A model generated the notes under the pieces. That model was not told the origin of the DNA. It ran no database searches and worked only from the letters and a program-made list of their open reading frames with translations. Source: Candidatus Eiseniibacteriota bacterium (GTDB taxonomy: Bacteria > Eisenbacteria > RBG-16-71-46 > CAZAMP01). Taken from it: DNA of 64,000 bases. The position numbers and the translations under genes were made by a program. The stretch's first letter is position 1. Every line of letters begins with the position of its first letter. Location: positions 416,001 through 480,000 of the forward strand of contig OZ245046.1 in assembly GCA_965224245.1 (NCBI GenBank), in the 5' to 3' direction. Shown here one piece after another: positions 19,867 through 33,339 of this stretch.

Positions 19867-20514
19867 CTAGAGCCTCCGGCGCCTGACGCCGGCCGCTCCC
19901 AGCGACGTCATCAGCACCCCCAGGACGGCCGCCAGCGCGGGACCCATCGCCGGCGCCCGGACCGAATCGACGCCGGCGGACACGATGGCCGGCGCGGTCG
20001 CGTCGTCTCGCACGAAGCGATGGAACGCCTGGCCCTCCGGATCGCCGCGACTGCCCGAGAGCACGTAGGCCTCGAAGTAGATGGGTCCCGCCGATGACGC
20101 CGGTGCGGTGAACGCGAACGTGTGGGAGGTCTGCGTTCCATACCCCGTCGTGTGCGTGATCGCGGCCCCGTCGCAATCCAGCGACCAGGGTCCCGTGATC
20201 GACGTCGTACCGTCCGGGGTCCAGGTCCCCACGTGAGTGCCCGCCGCATCGACGGCCGTGACGACGACGCCGGTGTGCGCAGCGCCGGACAGGGTCACCT
20301 GGATCGGGTCGTTCGGCCCGTACGTGGACACGTCGGTCTCGAGCAGGAACGGTCCCGGGTTCTGGTTCAGGGTGCGGCTGCCCATCGCGGTGATCGTCGA
20401 GAAGTCGGGCTCGATCTCGCAGGTCCCGGAGCCGGACGCGAACGCCCCGGCGCTCGCCACGCATCCGGCGGTCAGCACCGCGCAGGCGATCAGGCTCGAT
20501 ACGGCTCGTCTCAT
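19867..20514 (-). CDS. Secreted Reeler-domain protein with IPTL-CTERM-like membrane anchor
   Basis: Signal peptide; AITH and FTAPASSAGPIYFEA Reeler-type motifs; C-terminal APAMGP + TM + RRRRL; ATGA overlap with upstream gene. Confidence 0.7.
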   Translation of the reverse strand: MRRAVSSLIACAVLTAGCVASAGAFASGSGTCEIEPDFSTITAMGSRTLNQNPGPFLLETDVSTYGPNDPIQVTLSGAAHTGVVVTAVDAAGTHVGTWTPDGTTSITGPWSLDCDGAAITHTTGYGTQTSHTFAFTAPASSAGPIYFEAYVLSGSRGDPEGQAFHRFVRDDATAPAIVSAGVDSVRAPAMGPALAAVLGVLMTSLGAAGVRRRRL

Positions 20515-21011
20515 GGATGCTCCTTCGTTGCAGTGTGAGTCGTGGAGCTGACGCAGGCGCGACAGCCGGCTTCGTCGCAGCAGATTCCGGTCGGAAAGAA
20601 CCAGCCTCCCGCCACGTGTCCCACGATCGGGTACTTCGCGAGGAAGACGCCATCGAAGAGCTGGTCGAGCGCGCGGATCTGCGCCTCGTCCAGGTCGTCG
20701 CATCGGTCGCTGAGGTCGTCGGGCTCCATCGACATCCTGGCCACGGCGCAGCTGGCATCGCGTCCGGCCAGGAGGTGGTAGTGCCCCCCCGGCACGTAGA
20801 AGTCTCGTCCCTGGCTCACGTCGAAGACGATGCCCCGGAGCGCCACGTAGATCGGGAGGTCGGGGTCGGTTCCGTCGTAGGCCGAGAGCGCCTCCGGGGT
20901 ATACGCCGCCCTGGCCGCCTCGGCGAGTCGCTCGGGCGGGAGGTCGGCCTGGCTCGAGACGGACGTGAAAACGAGCAGCGCGACGATGAATGCGGAGATT
21001 CGGAGCGGCAC
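20511..21011 (-). CDS. Secreted cytochrome b5-like heme/steroid-binding protein (MAPR/neudesin-like)
   Basis: YTPEALSAYDG...PIYVALRGIVFDVSQGRDFY-PGGHY--LAGRDAS...KYPIVG; signal peptide after GTG 21011 (start uncertain). Confidence 0.85.
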   Translation of the reverse strand: MPLRISAFIVALLVFTSVSSQADLPPERLAEAARAAYTPEALSAYDGTDPDLPIYVALRGIVFDVSQGRDFYVPGGHYHLLAGRDASCAVARMSMEPDDLSDRCDDLDEAQIRALDQLFDGVFLAKYPIVGHVAGGWFFPTGICCDEAGCRACVSSTTHTATKEHP

Positions 21012-21096
21012 CGAAGGAGAATACGACGAGACCCCGGCCGAGAGGAAGCACCGAGGCCGTCGGACGGCGCCGCGGAGTGCCACCCGGGCCGCGGGC

Positions 21097-24624
<3,528 letters not shown>

Positions 24625-25062
24625 GCGGGACCCGTTCCTCACCCTCTCGGGGGTCGAGTGCGCCCGCGCACGCCGGATCGTGTCCGCGTCCGGCGCGCAG
24701 GTCTCGTCGATGATACACGGATGCGGTCGGAGAGAAAGCCGCGGGCGCCTTTCCCGGGCGGCGCCCGCGGCGGGAATCTACCGGCTCCGGGTCAACGCCG
24801 CTCGCTCCTCGGCCCGGGCTCTCGCGGCGGCCAGCCGGGCCTCTCGCGCGGCCACGGGCACCCGGAGCGCTCGAGATCGCGCAGATCCACCTCACTCGTC
24901 GTCCCGAGGTCGATGCCGTCGCCGTCGTCACCGATCCGGCGTGCCTGTCACGGGTCGAGCCGCGCCACGTCGTCGACGTCGAAATGCGGCACGGCCGGCG
25001 CTCGCGAGGCTCGGAACACGGCCCGCGACGTCCGACGGTCGCGGGCCGCTGGAGGAGCGACG

Positions 25063-26157
25063 CTATCGAACGTAGGCGATCCCGAACGGGTTGAGCCCGA
25101 CGATGACCTCGTCGACGAGCGCCGGGAGGCGACTGGTGCCGCGCAGCTCGTACACGGTGACCTTGTCCGACGTGCCGCCCGAGTGGGTAACGAACATCTT
25201 GCGGCCGTTCGTGGTCAGCGCGATGTTGTGCGGGATCGGGTACGGGCTGTCGGTGGGCATGCCGGCCACGGTGTCGGCGCGGGTATCGATCGTGAACAGC
25301 GCGTGCGCCCCGGCGCCCGGAAGGTTCGTCGTGTAGAAGAACCGGCCGTCCTGGCTCATTCCGGCACCGTGGGCGCCGGGAACGTCGATGCTCCGCAGGA
25401 GGGCCAGCGTGCCCATGTCCAGGACGAGGACGACGTTGCTGTTCTGGCACGGCACGTACAGCTTCGGACGCCCGGACGAGATGGACAGCGAGAGGTGCGG
25501 ATCCTTGCCCACGTCGGCGCGCGCGGTCTCCTGGAACGTCTCGGTGTCGAACTGGACGACGGCATCGGTGTCGCCCGACAGGCCGATGACGCTGACGTAC
25601 GCCAGGCGTCCCTTCGGTCCCAGGATCACGTCGTGCGGCTTCCCGCCCAGGGCGACGAGGTCGGCCGGCGTGGGGACGGTCGCGATGACCGAGAGCGTGT
25701 GCGGATCCACGACGGTGGTCGTGTTGTCGATGTCGTTGTTCACCCAGAGCTGCCGGCCGGTCGGGTCCGCCCACATGTGAAACACGCCGTTGCCGGTGGG
25801 GGCGGTGCCCTCCACGTCGAACGAGTGCGAGTCGAACGCGACGACGCGGTCGTTGGCGCGGTCGCCCACGAACACGCGACGAGCGGTCGGGACGGAGACG
25901 ACGTACATGGGCTCGGGCGTCGGCTCCGACGCATCGGCCGGCAGCGCGTGCACTGCGATCCGCTCGTTCGTGTATGCATCGATCACGGAGATCGTGCCCG
26001 ATGCCCGGTCGGCGACGACGATTCGGTCCTGTCCGGCCGGACGGTCGACCGACGTGCGGTCAGGCTCCGCGTCGCGAGCGCCTTCGGGCCCAACGGAGCT
26101 GACCGAGCAACCGGCGATCGCCAGTCCGGTGACGAGAATCGTGAGCATGGTTCTCAT
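25063..26157 (-). CDS. YncE-family beta-propeller lipoprotein
   Basis: GGGAGG RBS; lipobox IAGC; His-bearing blade repeats (GVFHM, KPHDV, DPHLS, GAHG, IPHNI). Confidence 0.85.
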   Translation of the reverse strand: MRTMLTILVTGLAIAGCSVSSVGPEGARDAEPDRTSVDRPAGQDRIVVADRASGTISVIDAYTNERIAVHALPADASEPTPEPMYVVSVPTARRVFVGDRANDRVVAFDSHSFDVEGTAPTGNGVFHMWADPTGRQLWVNNDIDNTTTVVDPHTLSVIATVPTPADLVALGGKPHDVILGPKGRLAYVSVIGLSGDTDAVVQFDTETFQETARADVGKDPHLSLSISSGRPKLYVPCQNSNVVLVLDMGTLALLRSIDVPGAHGAGMSQDGRFFYTTNLPGAGAHALFTIDTRADTVAGMPTDSPYPIPHNIALTTNGRKMFVTHSGGTSDKVTVYELRGTSRLPALVDEVIVGLNPFGIAYVR

Positions 26158-26462
26158 GGTCTTCTACCTCCCATCGCGTGGTACATCACGAGCGGCGGGT
26201 CCTCGGCGACCGCCGCGACACGTGCGTCGTTCGGACGTTCCGTATGCAAACTCTCGCACGCCCTCCGGAACGGGGTGCGGCCCACGGAACGCTAGCGTCC
26301 GGCCGGTGCGATGGAATCACGGAAGTCTCACGAAACACTAAAAATGACCGTGTGGCACGACGGGAAGAGGAGAGTCGAGGAGAGCGCGCGACGGCAGGCG
26401 GAGAGGGGCTACCAGCCCGACGAGGTGTTCAGTCGGAGGATCGGACGGCCACGGCGGTGGGC

Positions 26463-27359
26463 TCAGCCCTGGATCGCGGCGTCGTTCTCCACGAGCTCGC
26501 GGACGTAGTCCTCGACCCGCCGGCGCGCGCGCCACCCGATCTCGCTGGCTCGCAGGATGTCCAGCGACGCGCTCATGCGGTTCCCCGATCGCGCCGGCAG
26601 CATCTGGACATCGCCGCCGAACAGCTTGGCGAGATCGAGGATCGAGTAGCTCTCCAGGGCGCCCAGCCCGAACTCGTCGCACTCGCCGTGCATGCCCACG
26701 AGGAGCAACCCCTCGACGATGTCGAGAACGTGGGTGAAGTTGCGTTTCTGCGTACCGGGCGATACGACCGGGAGGGGCTCGCCGCGCCGCCGCTTCTCGG
26801 CGAAGATCGCGACCACGGTACCGAACTCGTTCGAGAGCTCCCGGGGTCCGTACACGTTGTAGAAATACGTGATGGCGAACCGGAGCCCGAACCACTCCCC
26901 GTAGTTCTTGACCAGCTCGGTGTTGGCGGCCTTGGTCCACGCGTACGGGCTCTGGTTGATGCCGAGCCCGCCGTCGCCGAACTTGGTGCTGGAGCCGGCG
27001 TACACGAGCTTGCAGCTGCGCTTGCGACAGAACTCGAGGATCGCGAACGTGCCCGCCACGTTGAAGTCCCAGACCCGCTGGACGTCCTCGAAGCTCTTCT
27101 CGACGCGCGCGTACTCCCCGAGGTGATAGACGAGGCTCGTCTCCTCCGGGACCAGCTCGGCGACGTCCTTGGTGTGCCCGCTGCGATAGTCGACGCCCTC
27201 GACGTGATTGTCGCGCGATCCGGTCGAGTAGTTGTCCAGGGAGATGACCGTGTGACCGTCACCGTGTAGGCGCTCGCACAGGTGCGAGCCGATGAAGCCC
27301 GCGCCCCCGGTGACCAGAATCGGGCCGTCGCCGAACTGTCCCTCGATCATCTCCAGCAT
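26463..27359 (-). CDS. NAD-dependent nucleotide-sugar epimerase/dehydratase
   Basis: VTGGAGFIGSHL; YAWTK (YxxxK); YNVYGP; GTQKRNFTHV. Confidence 0.9.
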   Translation of the reverse strand: MLEMIEGQFGDGPILVTGGAGFIGSHLCERLHGDGHTVISLDNYSTGSRDNHVEGVDYRSGHTKDVAELVPEETSLVYHLGEYARVEKSFEDVQRVWDFNVAGTFAILEFCRKRSCKLVYAGSSTKFGDGGLGINQSPYAWTKAANTELVKNYGEWFGLRFAITYFYNVYGPRELSNEFGTVVAIFAEKRRRGEPLPVVSPGTQKRNFTHVLDIVEGLLLVGMHGECDEFGLGALESYSILDLAKLFGGDVQMLPARSGNRMSASLDILRASEIGWRARRRVEDYVRELVENDAAIQG

Positions 27360-28085
27360 CCTCGCTCGTGGTGTACCGCTCGCGCCCCAAGCCTCGGCCT
27401 CGACTGCAAACGGCGATCATCCGAGATATGTCATGTCTCGGTCAAGCCGGTGGCTTTGCCCAGTCGGCCGACGGTCGGGTCCGGCCGACGGGGCCCGGTC
27501 CGCGGGCGTCGATGCCGTGTTTTTGGACGATCCGAGCCGATCGGCTCCTCAGTCCTCGTTCGGCCGCGAGTCCCTGCCCCGAGATCGACACCGATCCCAA
27601 CCCGATGAGCTCCTCGTCGCCGGCCACGGCGAAGGCCGCATCGTTGGGGAACTCGAGCGAGCTCGCGGATCGCTCATGTCGTTCACGCGAATCCCGCCGC
27701 CGAACACGACCGGGCTGAACGCGAGCACTCGACCGCGCTTGCGGTGTTCAGTGGAAGCGTGGCGGCCGACCGCCGGACCACCGCCATGAGCAGGTATCGA
27801 GTCGGGACATGATCGGATCTCGTCATCCTGGATGAGAAACGTCGGCGGCCGGGGCACCTCGCCGGCGGGATTTCGAAACGGACGCAGCGTCCGAAATCTA
27901 GGAGAGAGCGAGGCAAGGGACCGGGCTGCTGTGGCTCGGCGCTCGGCCCTCGGGAGAGCCCCGCTTCCTGGACAGACGGGTCGTCTGGCGGTATAGTCCA
28001 GGTCATTAAATGGACAAAAAGACCACCGTGGAATGCTGATTCCGAGCTCCCGAGCGTTTACCGTTGCGGCGTCCGGGGGAGGGAC

Positions 28086-29483
28086 ATGAACGCGCGTCGC
28101 CGGATCGACAAGCAGAAGCTCGTCATCGTCGCCAATCGCCTGCCGGTTCGGCGCTCCGGGCACGGGGCGCAGCGGCGCTGGGTGCTGAGCCCCGGAGGGC
28201 TCGTGCGGGCGCTCACGCCGGTCCTGAGGACGCGAGAGGGTGTCTGGGTCGGCTGGTGGGGTAGTGTCGGCCGCGCTCCGGAACCCTTCGACCACGACGG
28301 CATCCACCATCTGCCGGTCGGTCTCAATCGACGGGAGTTCGAGCAGTTCTACGAGGGCTTCTCCAACCGCACCATCTGGCCGCTCTACCACGATGCCGTT
28401 CGCTGGCCGGAGTTCCGGCGCGAGTGGTGGTCCGCGTACGTCGCCGTCAACGAGCGTTTCGCCGCCGCCGTGGAGCGCGTGGCCGCGCGCGGGGCCACGA
28501 TCTGGGTGCACGACTACCATCTCCAGCTCGTGCCCGGCATGCTGCGAGCGGCCCGACCGGATCTCCGGATCGGGTTCTTCCTGCACATTCCGTTTCCGCC
28601 TCAGGAGCTGTTCTCGCAGCTCCCGTGGCGCCAGCAGATTCTCGAGGGACTGATGGGCGCGAACGCCGTCGGGTTCCAGACACGCGTGGGGGCTCAGAAC
28701 TTCATCCAGCTCGCGCGTCACTACACCCCGGCGGCGAGATCCCGCACGGGCCTGACGGTCGATGGGCGCACCGTGGTGGCAGGCGACTTTCCGATCTCGA
28801 TCGACCACCGACAGTTCGAGGCGGTGGCAGCCGATCCCGAGGTCCGGGCCAAGGCGGCCGACACCCGGCGGAGGCTCGGCAACCGGCGCATCGTTCTCGG
28901 CGTCGATCGTCTGGATTACACCAAGGGGATTCACCGGCGGCTCCGTGCGTTCGACGAGCTCCTGACCGAGGGCAACGGCATATCCGCGGCGAACTGCGTG
29001 ATGGTCCAGGTTGCGGTCCCGAGCCGGGAAGAGGTCCTCCACTACGCCCAGGAGAAGCGACGCGTCGAGGAGACCGTCGGGCTCGTCAACGGGAAGCACG
29101 GACAGGTCGGACGCAGTGCGGTCCAGTACCTCCACCGCAGTCTCGACATGAAGGACCTGGTGGCGCTGTACCTGGCCGCGGACGTGATGCTGGTCACGCC
29201 GTTTCGCGACGGCATGAACCTCGTGGCCAAGGAGTTCGTGGCCACACGCCTGGACGACACCGGCGTCCTCATCCTGAGCGAGTTCACCGGCGCCGCGCAC
29301 CAGCTGAAGCGCGCGCTCCTGGTGAACCCACACGATCTCGACGGGATGCGGGGCACGCTACGCCGGGCGCTGACGATGCCGGAGCGGGACGTCAAGCGTC
29401 GCATGCGCGCGCTCCGGGCGGTGGTCCGGCGACAGGACGTCTACGAGTGGGCCAACCAGTTCCTGGACGCGCTCGAGACGTGA
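28086..29483 (+). CDS. otsA: Trehalose-6-phosphate synthase (GT20)
   Basis: VANRLP, SPGGLV, WVHDYHL, FFLHIPFP, GVDRLDYTKG, RDGMNLVAKE, SEFTGAA. Confidence 0.95.
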   Translation: MNARRRIDKQKLVIVANRLPVRRSGHGAQRRWVLSPGGLVRALTPVLRTREGVWVGWWGSVGRAPEPFDHDGIHHLPVGLNRREFEQFYEGFSNRTIWPLYHDAVRWPEFRREWWSAYVAVNERFAAAVERVAARGATIWVHDYHLQLVPGMLRAARPDLRIGFFLHIPFPPQELFSQLPWRQQILEGLMGANAVGFQTRVGAQNFIQLARHYTPAARSRTGLTVDGRTVVAGDFPISIDHRQFEAVAADPEVRAKAADTRRRLGNRRIVLGVDRLDYTKGIHRRLRAFDELLTEGNGISAANCVMVQVAVPSREEVLHYAQEKRRVEETVGLVNGKHGQVGRSAVQYLHRSLDMKDLVALYLAADVMLVTPFRDGMNLVAKEFVATRLDDTGVLILSEFTGAAHQLKRALLVNPHDLDGMRGTLRRALTMPERDVKRRMRALRAVVRRQDVYEWANQFLDALET

Positions 29484-29532
29484 GCGTGACCCTCGACGTC
29501 GGAACCCGACACCCCGGAGGCAACACCATCCG

Positions 29533-32055
29533 ATGAACGACCTGGATCGACGTCTAGAGGCGATCGCGCGCGTGCCGGTTCTGCTCGTGGCCACCGACTA
29601 CGACGGGACGCTCTCGCCGATCGTGCCGAATCCGGCCGAGGCGCGTCCCAACCGCGAGGCGATCGTGGCGCTCCGGAACCTGGCCGCGCTCGAGCAGACG
29701 CACGTGGCGGTGATCTCCGGCCGGGCGCTCGCGGACCTGGCGTCCCTGGCCGGGCTGCCGGACGAGGTACATCTGGTGGGAAGTCATGGCAGCGAGTTCG
29801 ATCCGGACTTCCTGGAGTCACTATCCGATCCGGCGCGGAGCCTTCGCGACGATCTGCGTGACCGGTTGACGGCGATCGCGCGCGCACACTCGGGGTTCCT
29901 CGTGGAGACCAAGCCGGCCAGCGTGGCGTTCCACTACCGGAACGCTCCCGACGACGTGGCCGTGCGTGCGCTCGCCGAGATCGAGGCCGGCCCCGGCCGG
30001 GCCGAGGGCGTTCACACGCGTCACGGCAAGAAGGTCGTCGAGCTGGCGGTCATGGACACCCACAAGGGGCAGGCGCTCGAGGCGCTTCGGTCCCGCGTCG
30101 GCGCCTCGGCCGTCGTGTTCCTGGGCGACGATCGCACCGACGAGGATGCGTTCGCGACGCTCAGGGGACCAGACCTCGGCGTCAAGGTGGGATCCGGCCG
30201 GACGATCGCGACCCACCGCGTGTCGGACACGACCGAGGTGGCGCGCCTGATCGCCCATCTGTCCGAGCGCCGGGCCGCATGGCTGCGCAACGAGACCGCC
30301 GACGGGATCGAGGAGCACGCGATGCTGTCCGATCAACGCACGGCGGCGCTGGTGTCGCCGGCGGGGCGTGTCGTGTGGTTCTGCGCGCCGCGGCTCGATT
30401 CGCCGGCGCTGTTCGCCCAGATCGTGGGCGATCCGAGCTCGGGCTCCTTCGCGATCGCGCCGGCCGGGGACGATCCCCCGCGTCCGACCCAGCGCTACCT
30501 GGACCGGACGATGGTTCTCGTGTCCGAGTGGCCGAGCGTGCGTGTGACCGACTTCCTGGATTGCTCCAGCACCGAGCTCAGCCAACGTACCGGTCGGGTC
30601 GACCTGATCCGCCTCGTCGAGGGCGCGGGACAGGTGTCGGTGACCTTCGCCCCGCGGCTCGACTACGGGAGAACCGCGACCGGCATCGAGGTGCACGAGG
30701 GGGGACTGATCGTCCAGAACGCGTTCGACCCGATCGTGCTGGCATCGCCGGGCGTGAGCTGGCGCGTGGAGACCGAGGGGCGGCATCAGACCGCGCGGGC
30801 CGAGATCGAGCTCCGGGACGAGCCGGTGGTGTTCGAGCTTCGCTATGGGACGCGCAGCCTGAGGGCCGACGTCCAGAAGGCGCTGCAGCGCCGCGACCGC
30901 ACGGCCCGCTTCTGGTCCTCCTGGTCCGCACGGCTCACGCTGCCCCGCACGCATCACGAGCTCGTGGAGCGGAGCGCACTCGTCCTGCGCGCGCTCTGTC
31001 ACGATCCCACCGGCGCGATCGCCGCCGCCGCCACCACGAGCCTGCCCGAGCACATCGGCGGCATCCGGAACTGGGACTATCGCTACTGCTGGCTCCGTGA
31101 CGGCGCCATGGCCGCGTCCTCGCTCGTCCGACTGGGCTCGTTGACCGAGGCGATGCGCTTTCTGGACTGGGTGCTCGGCGTGGTCGATCGCACGCCGTCA
31201 CCCGAGCGTCTGCGTCCGCTCTACACGCTCGTCGGGGGCGATCTCCCCCCCGAGGCCGAGATCGCCGAGCTGGCCGGGTACCGGGGCAGCCGCCCGGTCC
31301 GCGTCAGCAACGCGGCGGCCGGTCAGGTGCAGCTCGACGTGTTCGGTCCGGTGCTCGAGCTCATCCACCTGCTCCTGGAGCGCGACGCACCCCTCTTCGC
31401 CGAGCACTGGCGTCTGGCCGAGGCGCTGGTGGAGGCGGTGGCGAAGCGCTGGCAGGAGCCGGATCACGGCATCTGGGAGTTCCGCACCACGCCCCGGCAC
31501 TACGTGCACTCCAAGGCGATGTGCTGGCTCGCGGTGGACCGCGGCGCACGTCTGGCCGAGCTGTTCGCCGGACGGCGCCGTCCGGACTGGGAGGCGCTCC
31601 GCGATGCGATCGCCTCGGACGTGGAGGCGAACGCGTGGAACGAGGAGCGAGGCGCCTACACCATCGCCTACGGCTCGCGGGATCTGGACGCGTCGGTGCT
31701 GCTCGTGGGGCTCACCGGTCTGGTTCCGCCGGATCATCCGCGCTTCGTGGCGACCGTGCACGCGATCGAGCGGGAGCTCCGGCGCGGTCCGGTCGTGTAC
31801 CGGTACGATCTGGACGACGGGCTTCCGGGTGTCGAGGGCGGCTTCCACATCTGCACGTCGTGGCTCGTCGAGGCGTACCTGGCCATGGGCCGGCGTTCCG
31901 ACGCCGAGGCGCTGATGGACCGGATGTGCGAGCTGGCGGGCCCGACCGGCCTCATGTCCGAGCAGTACGGGTCGCGATCGCGCCGGGCGCTCGGCAATCA
32001 TCCACAGGCGTTCTCGCACATCGGGGTCGTCGAGGCCGCGTTGCGGCTGGGCTGA
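29533..32055 (+). CDS. otsB: Trehalose-6-phosphate phosphatase (HAD) fused to a GH15 glycoside hydrolase
   Basis: N-terminal DYDGTL, SGR, GDDRTDEDAF; C-terminal AATTSLPE--GG-RNWDYRYCWLRD, DHGIWE, LGNHPQAFSH. Confidence 0.9.
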   Translation: MNDLDRRLEAIARVPVLLVATDYDGTLSPIVPNPAEARPNREAIVALRNLAALEQTHVAVISGRALADLASLAGLPDEVHLVGSHGSEFDPDFLESLSDPARSLRDDLRDRLTAIARAHSGFLVETKPASVAFHYRNAPDDVAVRALAEIEAGPGRAEGVHTRHGKKVVELAVMDTHKGQALEALRSRVGASAVVFLGDDRTDEDAFATLRGPDLGVKVGSGRTIATHRVSDTTEVARLIAHLSERRAAWLRNETADGIEEHAMLSDQRTAALVSPAGRVVWFCAPRLDSPALFAQIVGDPSSGSFAIAPAGDDPPRPTQRYLDRTMVLVSEWPSVRVTDFLDCSSTELSQRTGRVDLIRLVEGAGQVSVTFAPRLDYGRTATGIEVHEGGLIVQNAFDPIVLASPGVSWRVETEGRHQTARAEIELRDEPVVFELRYGTRSLRADVQKALQRRDRTARFWSSWSARLTLPRTHHELVERSALVLRALCHDPTGAIAAAATTSLPEHIGGIRNWDYRYCWLRDGAMAASSLVRLGSLTEAMRFLDWVLGVVDRTPSPERLRPLYTLVGGDLPPEAEIAELAGYRGSRPVRVSNAAAGQVQLDVFGPVLELIHLLLERDAPLFAEHWRLAEALVEAVAKRWQEPDHGIWEFRTTPRHYVHSKAMCWLAVDRGARLAELFAGRRRPDWEALRDAIASDVEANAWNEERGAYTIAYGSRDLDASVLLVGLTGLVPPDHPRFVATVHAIERELRRGPVVYRYDLDDGLPGVEGGFHICTSWLVEAYLAMGRRSDAEALMDRMCELAGPTGLMSEQYGSRSRRALGNHPQAFSHIGVVEAALRLG

Positions 32056-32067
32056 GCGGGCGGTCGG

Positions 32068-33339
32068 TCACTTCTGATGGCACTGGATGCACAGGTCCAT
32101 CGCGGGATCCTTCGGCAGGTACTTCTCGAAGTCGGCGCCGTGGAGCTGGTGGCAGCTCAGGCAGGTGACCGGCGATCCGTTGCGCGGGTCGATCACGTCG
32201 GGGCCCACGGGATGAGACGTTCGATGCGCACCTTCGTGGCATCGCGCACACAGGTCCACGTCGAGCGTGCGCAGATACCTCGGATTCGCGGCTCCGTGCG
32301 GCGAGTGACACTCGCTGCACGCGACACCCGGATGCGTCATCATGTCGCTCGCCTTCCCGGAGGTGGTGGCGGTCGTCGCGGCATCACCGGCGCGAGGGGC
32401 GTCGAAGTGACACTTCGTGCAGAGGGTGCTCTGGCTCGCGGCCAGGAGATCGCTCACGGCTGACGTGTGCGGGTTGTGACAGTTCTGGCACGATCGCTCG
32501 AGGTCGAGATGACCGTGGAACGGCTCGTCGAGCGACGCCCGGATGCCCGTATGACACGTTGTGCAGAGCTCGGTGATGTCGGAGGTGACGGCGAAGGTGT
32601 CGTCGTCACGAGCCGGGCCATGGCATCCCGCGCAGTTGCCTGCCGCGAAGGGCTCGTGCTGATTCGGCCGGAGAAGACCGGATTCCGACGAGGCGTGGGG
32701 ATCGTGGCAGGCGGCGCAGTTCGCGCTCGCGAGGTTGCGCCCGTCGTGAGCCACCACGAAGCCGTCGTCGGCGTCGTGACAGTCGAGGCAGACCGCGGAC
32801 ACCCGATCCCGAAGCAGGCTCGGCTCGCCGCTCCCGTGGGGTGCGTGGCATCCGGTGCAATCCCCGTCGTCGACCGGCGGGTGCACGACCGCCGATGCGA
32901 GCCAGGCCCCGACCTGCGTGTGACAGTCGGCGCAGAGCGTGGGAGGGGCCTCGCGCAAGAGCGCCGCCCGGTCGGCCGCGTGGGGCTCGTGGCACGCCGT
33001 GCACTGACCGTGGGACGCCGGGGCGTGCACCGATTTCCGAGACAGCGACTCCGCCACGTCGTCGTGACAGCCCGTGCACAGCTCCGCCTGGTTCCTCGCG
33101 AGAAGCGCCGCGTGCCGCGAGGCGTGTGGGTTGTGACAGCCCGAGCACGTGCCGTCTCCGAACGGCGCGTGGACGTGAACTCCGTTCCGCGCCTGGTCGA
33201 TCGAGGAGTGACACTCGAGGCAGACCGTGGGCTCGTTCACGGGGGCCAGGCCCGACTGGGCCGCGGCGCTCGGCTCTGCGCCGGCGACCACGAGCACGCC
33301 GATCCCGACCAGTCGGATCCATCCGCGACGAAACCTCAT
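32068..33339 (-). CDS. Multiheme c-type cytochrome, 16 CXXCH
   Basis: ATG 33339 (ATGA overlap); signal peptide; 16 CXXCH counted, in paired H-x-P...CxxCHxPH...LL...CxxCH units. Confidence 0.92.
   Translation of the reverse strand: MRFRRGWIRLVGIGVLVVAGAEPSAAAQSGLAPVNEPTVCLECHSSIDQARNGVHVHAPFGDGTCSGCHNPHASRHAALLARNQAELCTGCHDDVAESLSRKSVHAPASHGQCTACHEPHAADRAALLREAPPTLCADCHTQVGAWLASAVVHPPVDDGDCTGCHAPHGSGEPSLLRDRVSAVCLDCHDADDGFVVAHDGRNLASANCAACHDPHASSESGLLRPNQHEPFAAGNCAGCHGPARDDDTFAVTSDITELCTTCHTGIRASLDEPFHGHLDLERSCQNCHNPHTSAVSDLLAASQSTLCTKCHFDAPRAGDAATTATTSGKASDMMTHPGVACSECHSPHGAANPRYLRTLDVDLCARCHEGAHRTSHPVGPDVIDPRNGSPVTCLSCHQLHGADFEKYLPKDPAMDLCIQCHQK

Noticed and set aside
24880-25000. Coding-like minus-strand fragment (PHFDVDDVARLDP*QARRIGDDGDGIDL)
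   Set aside because: Short, interrupted by a stop and with no recognisable family; support is insufficient
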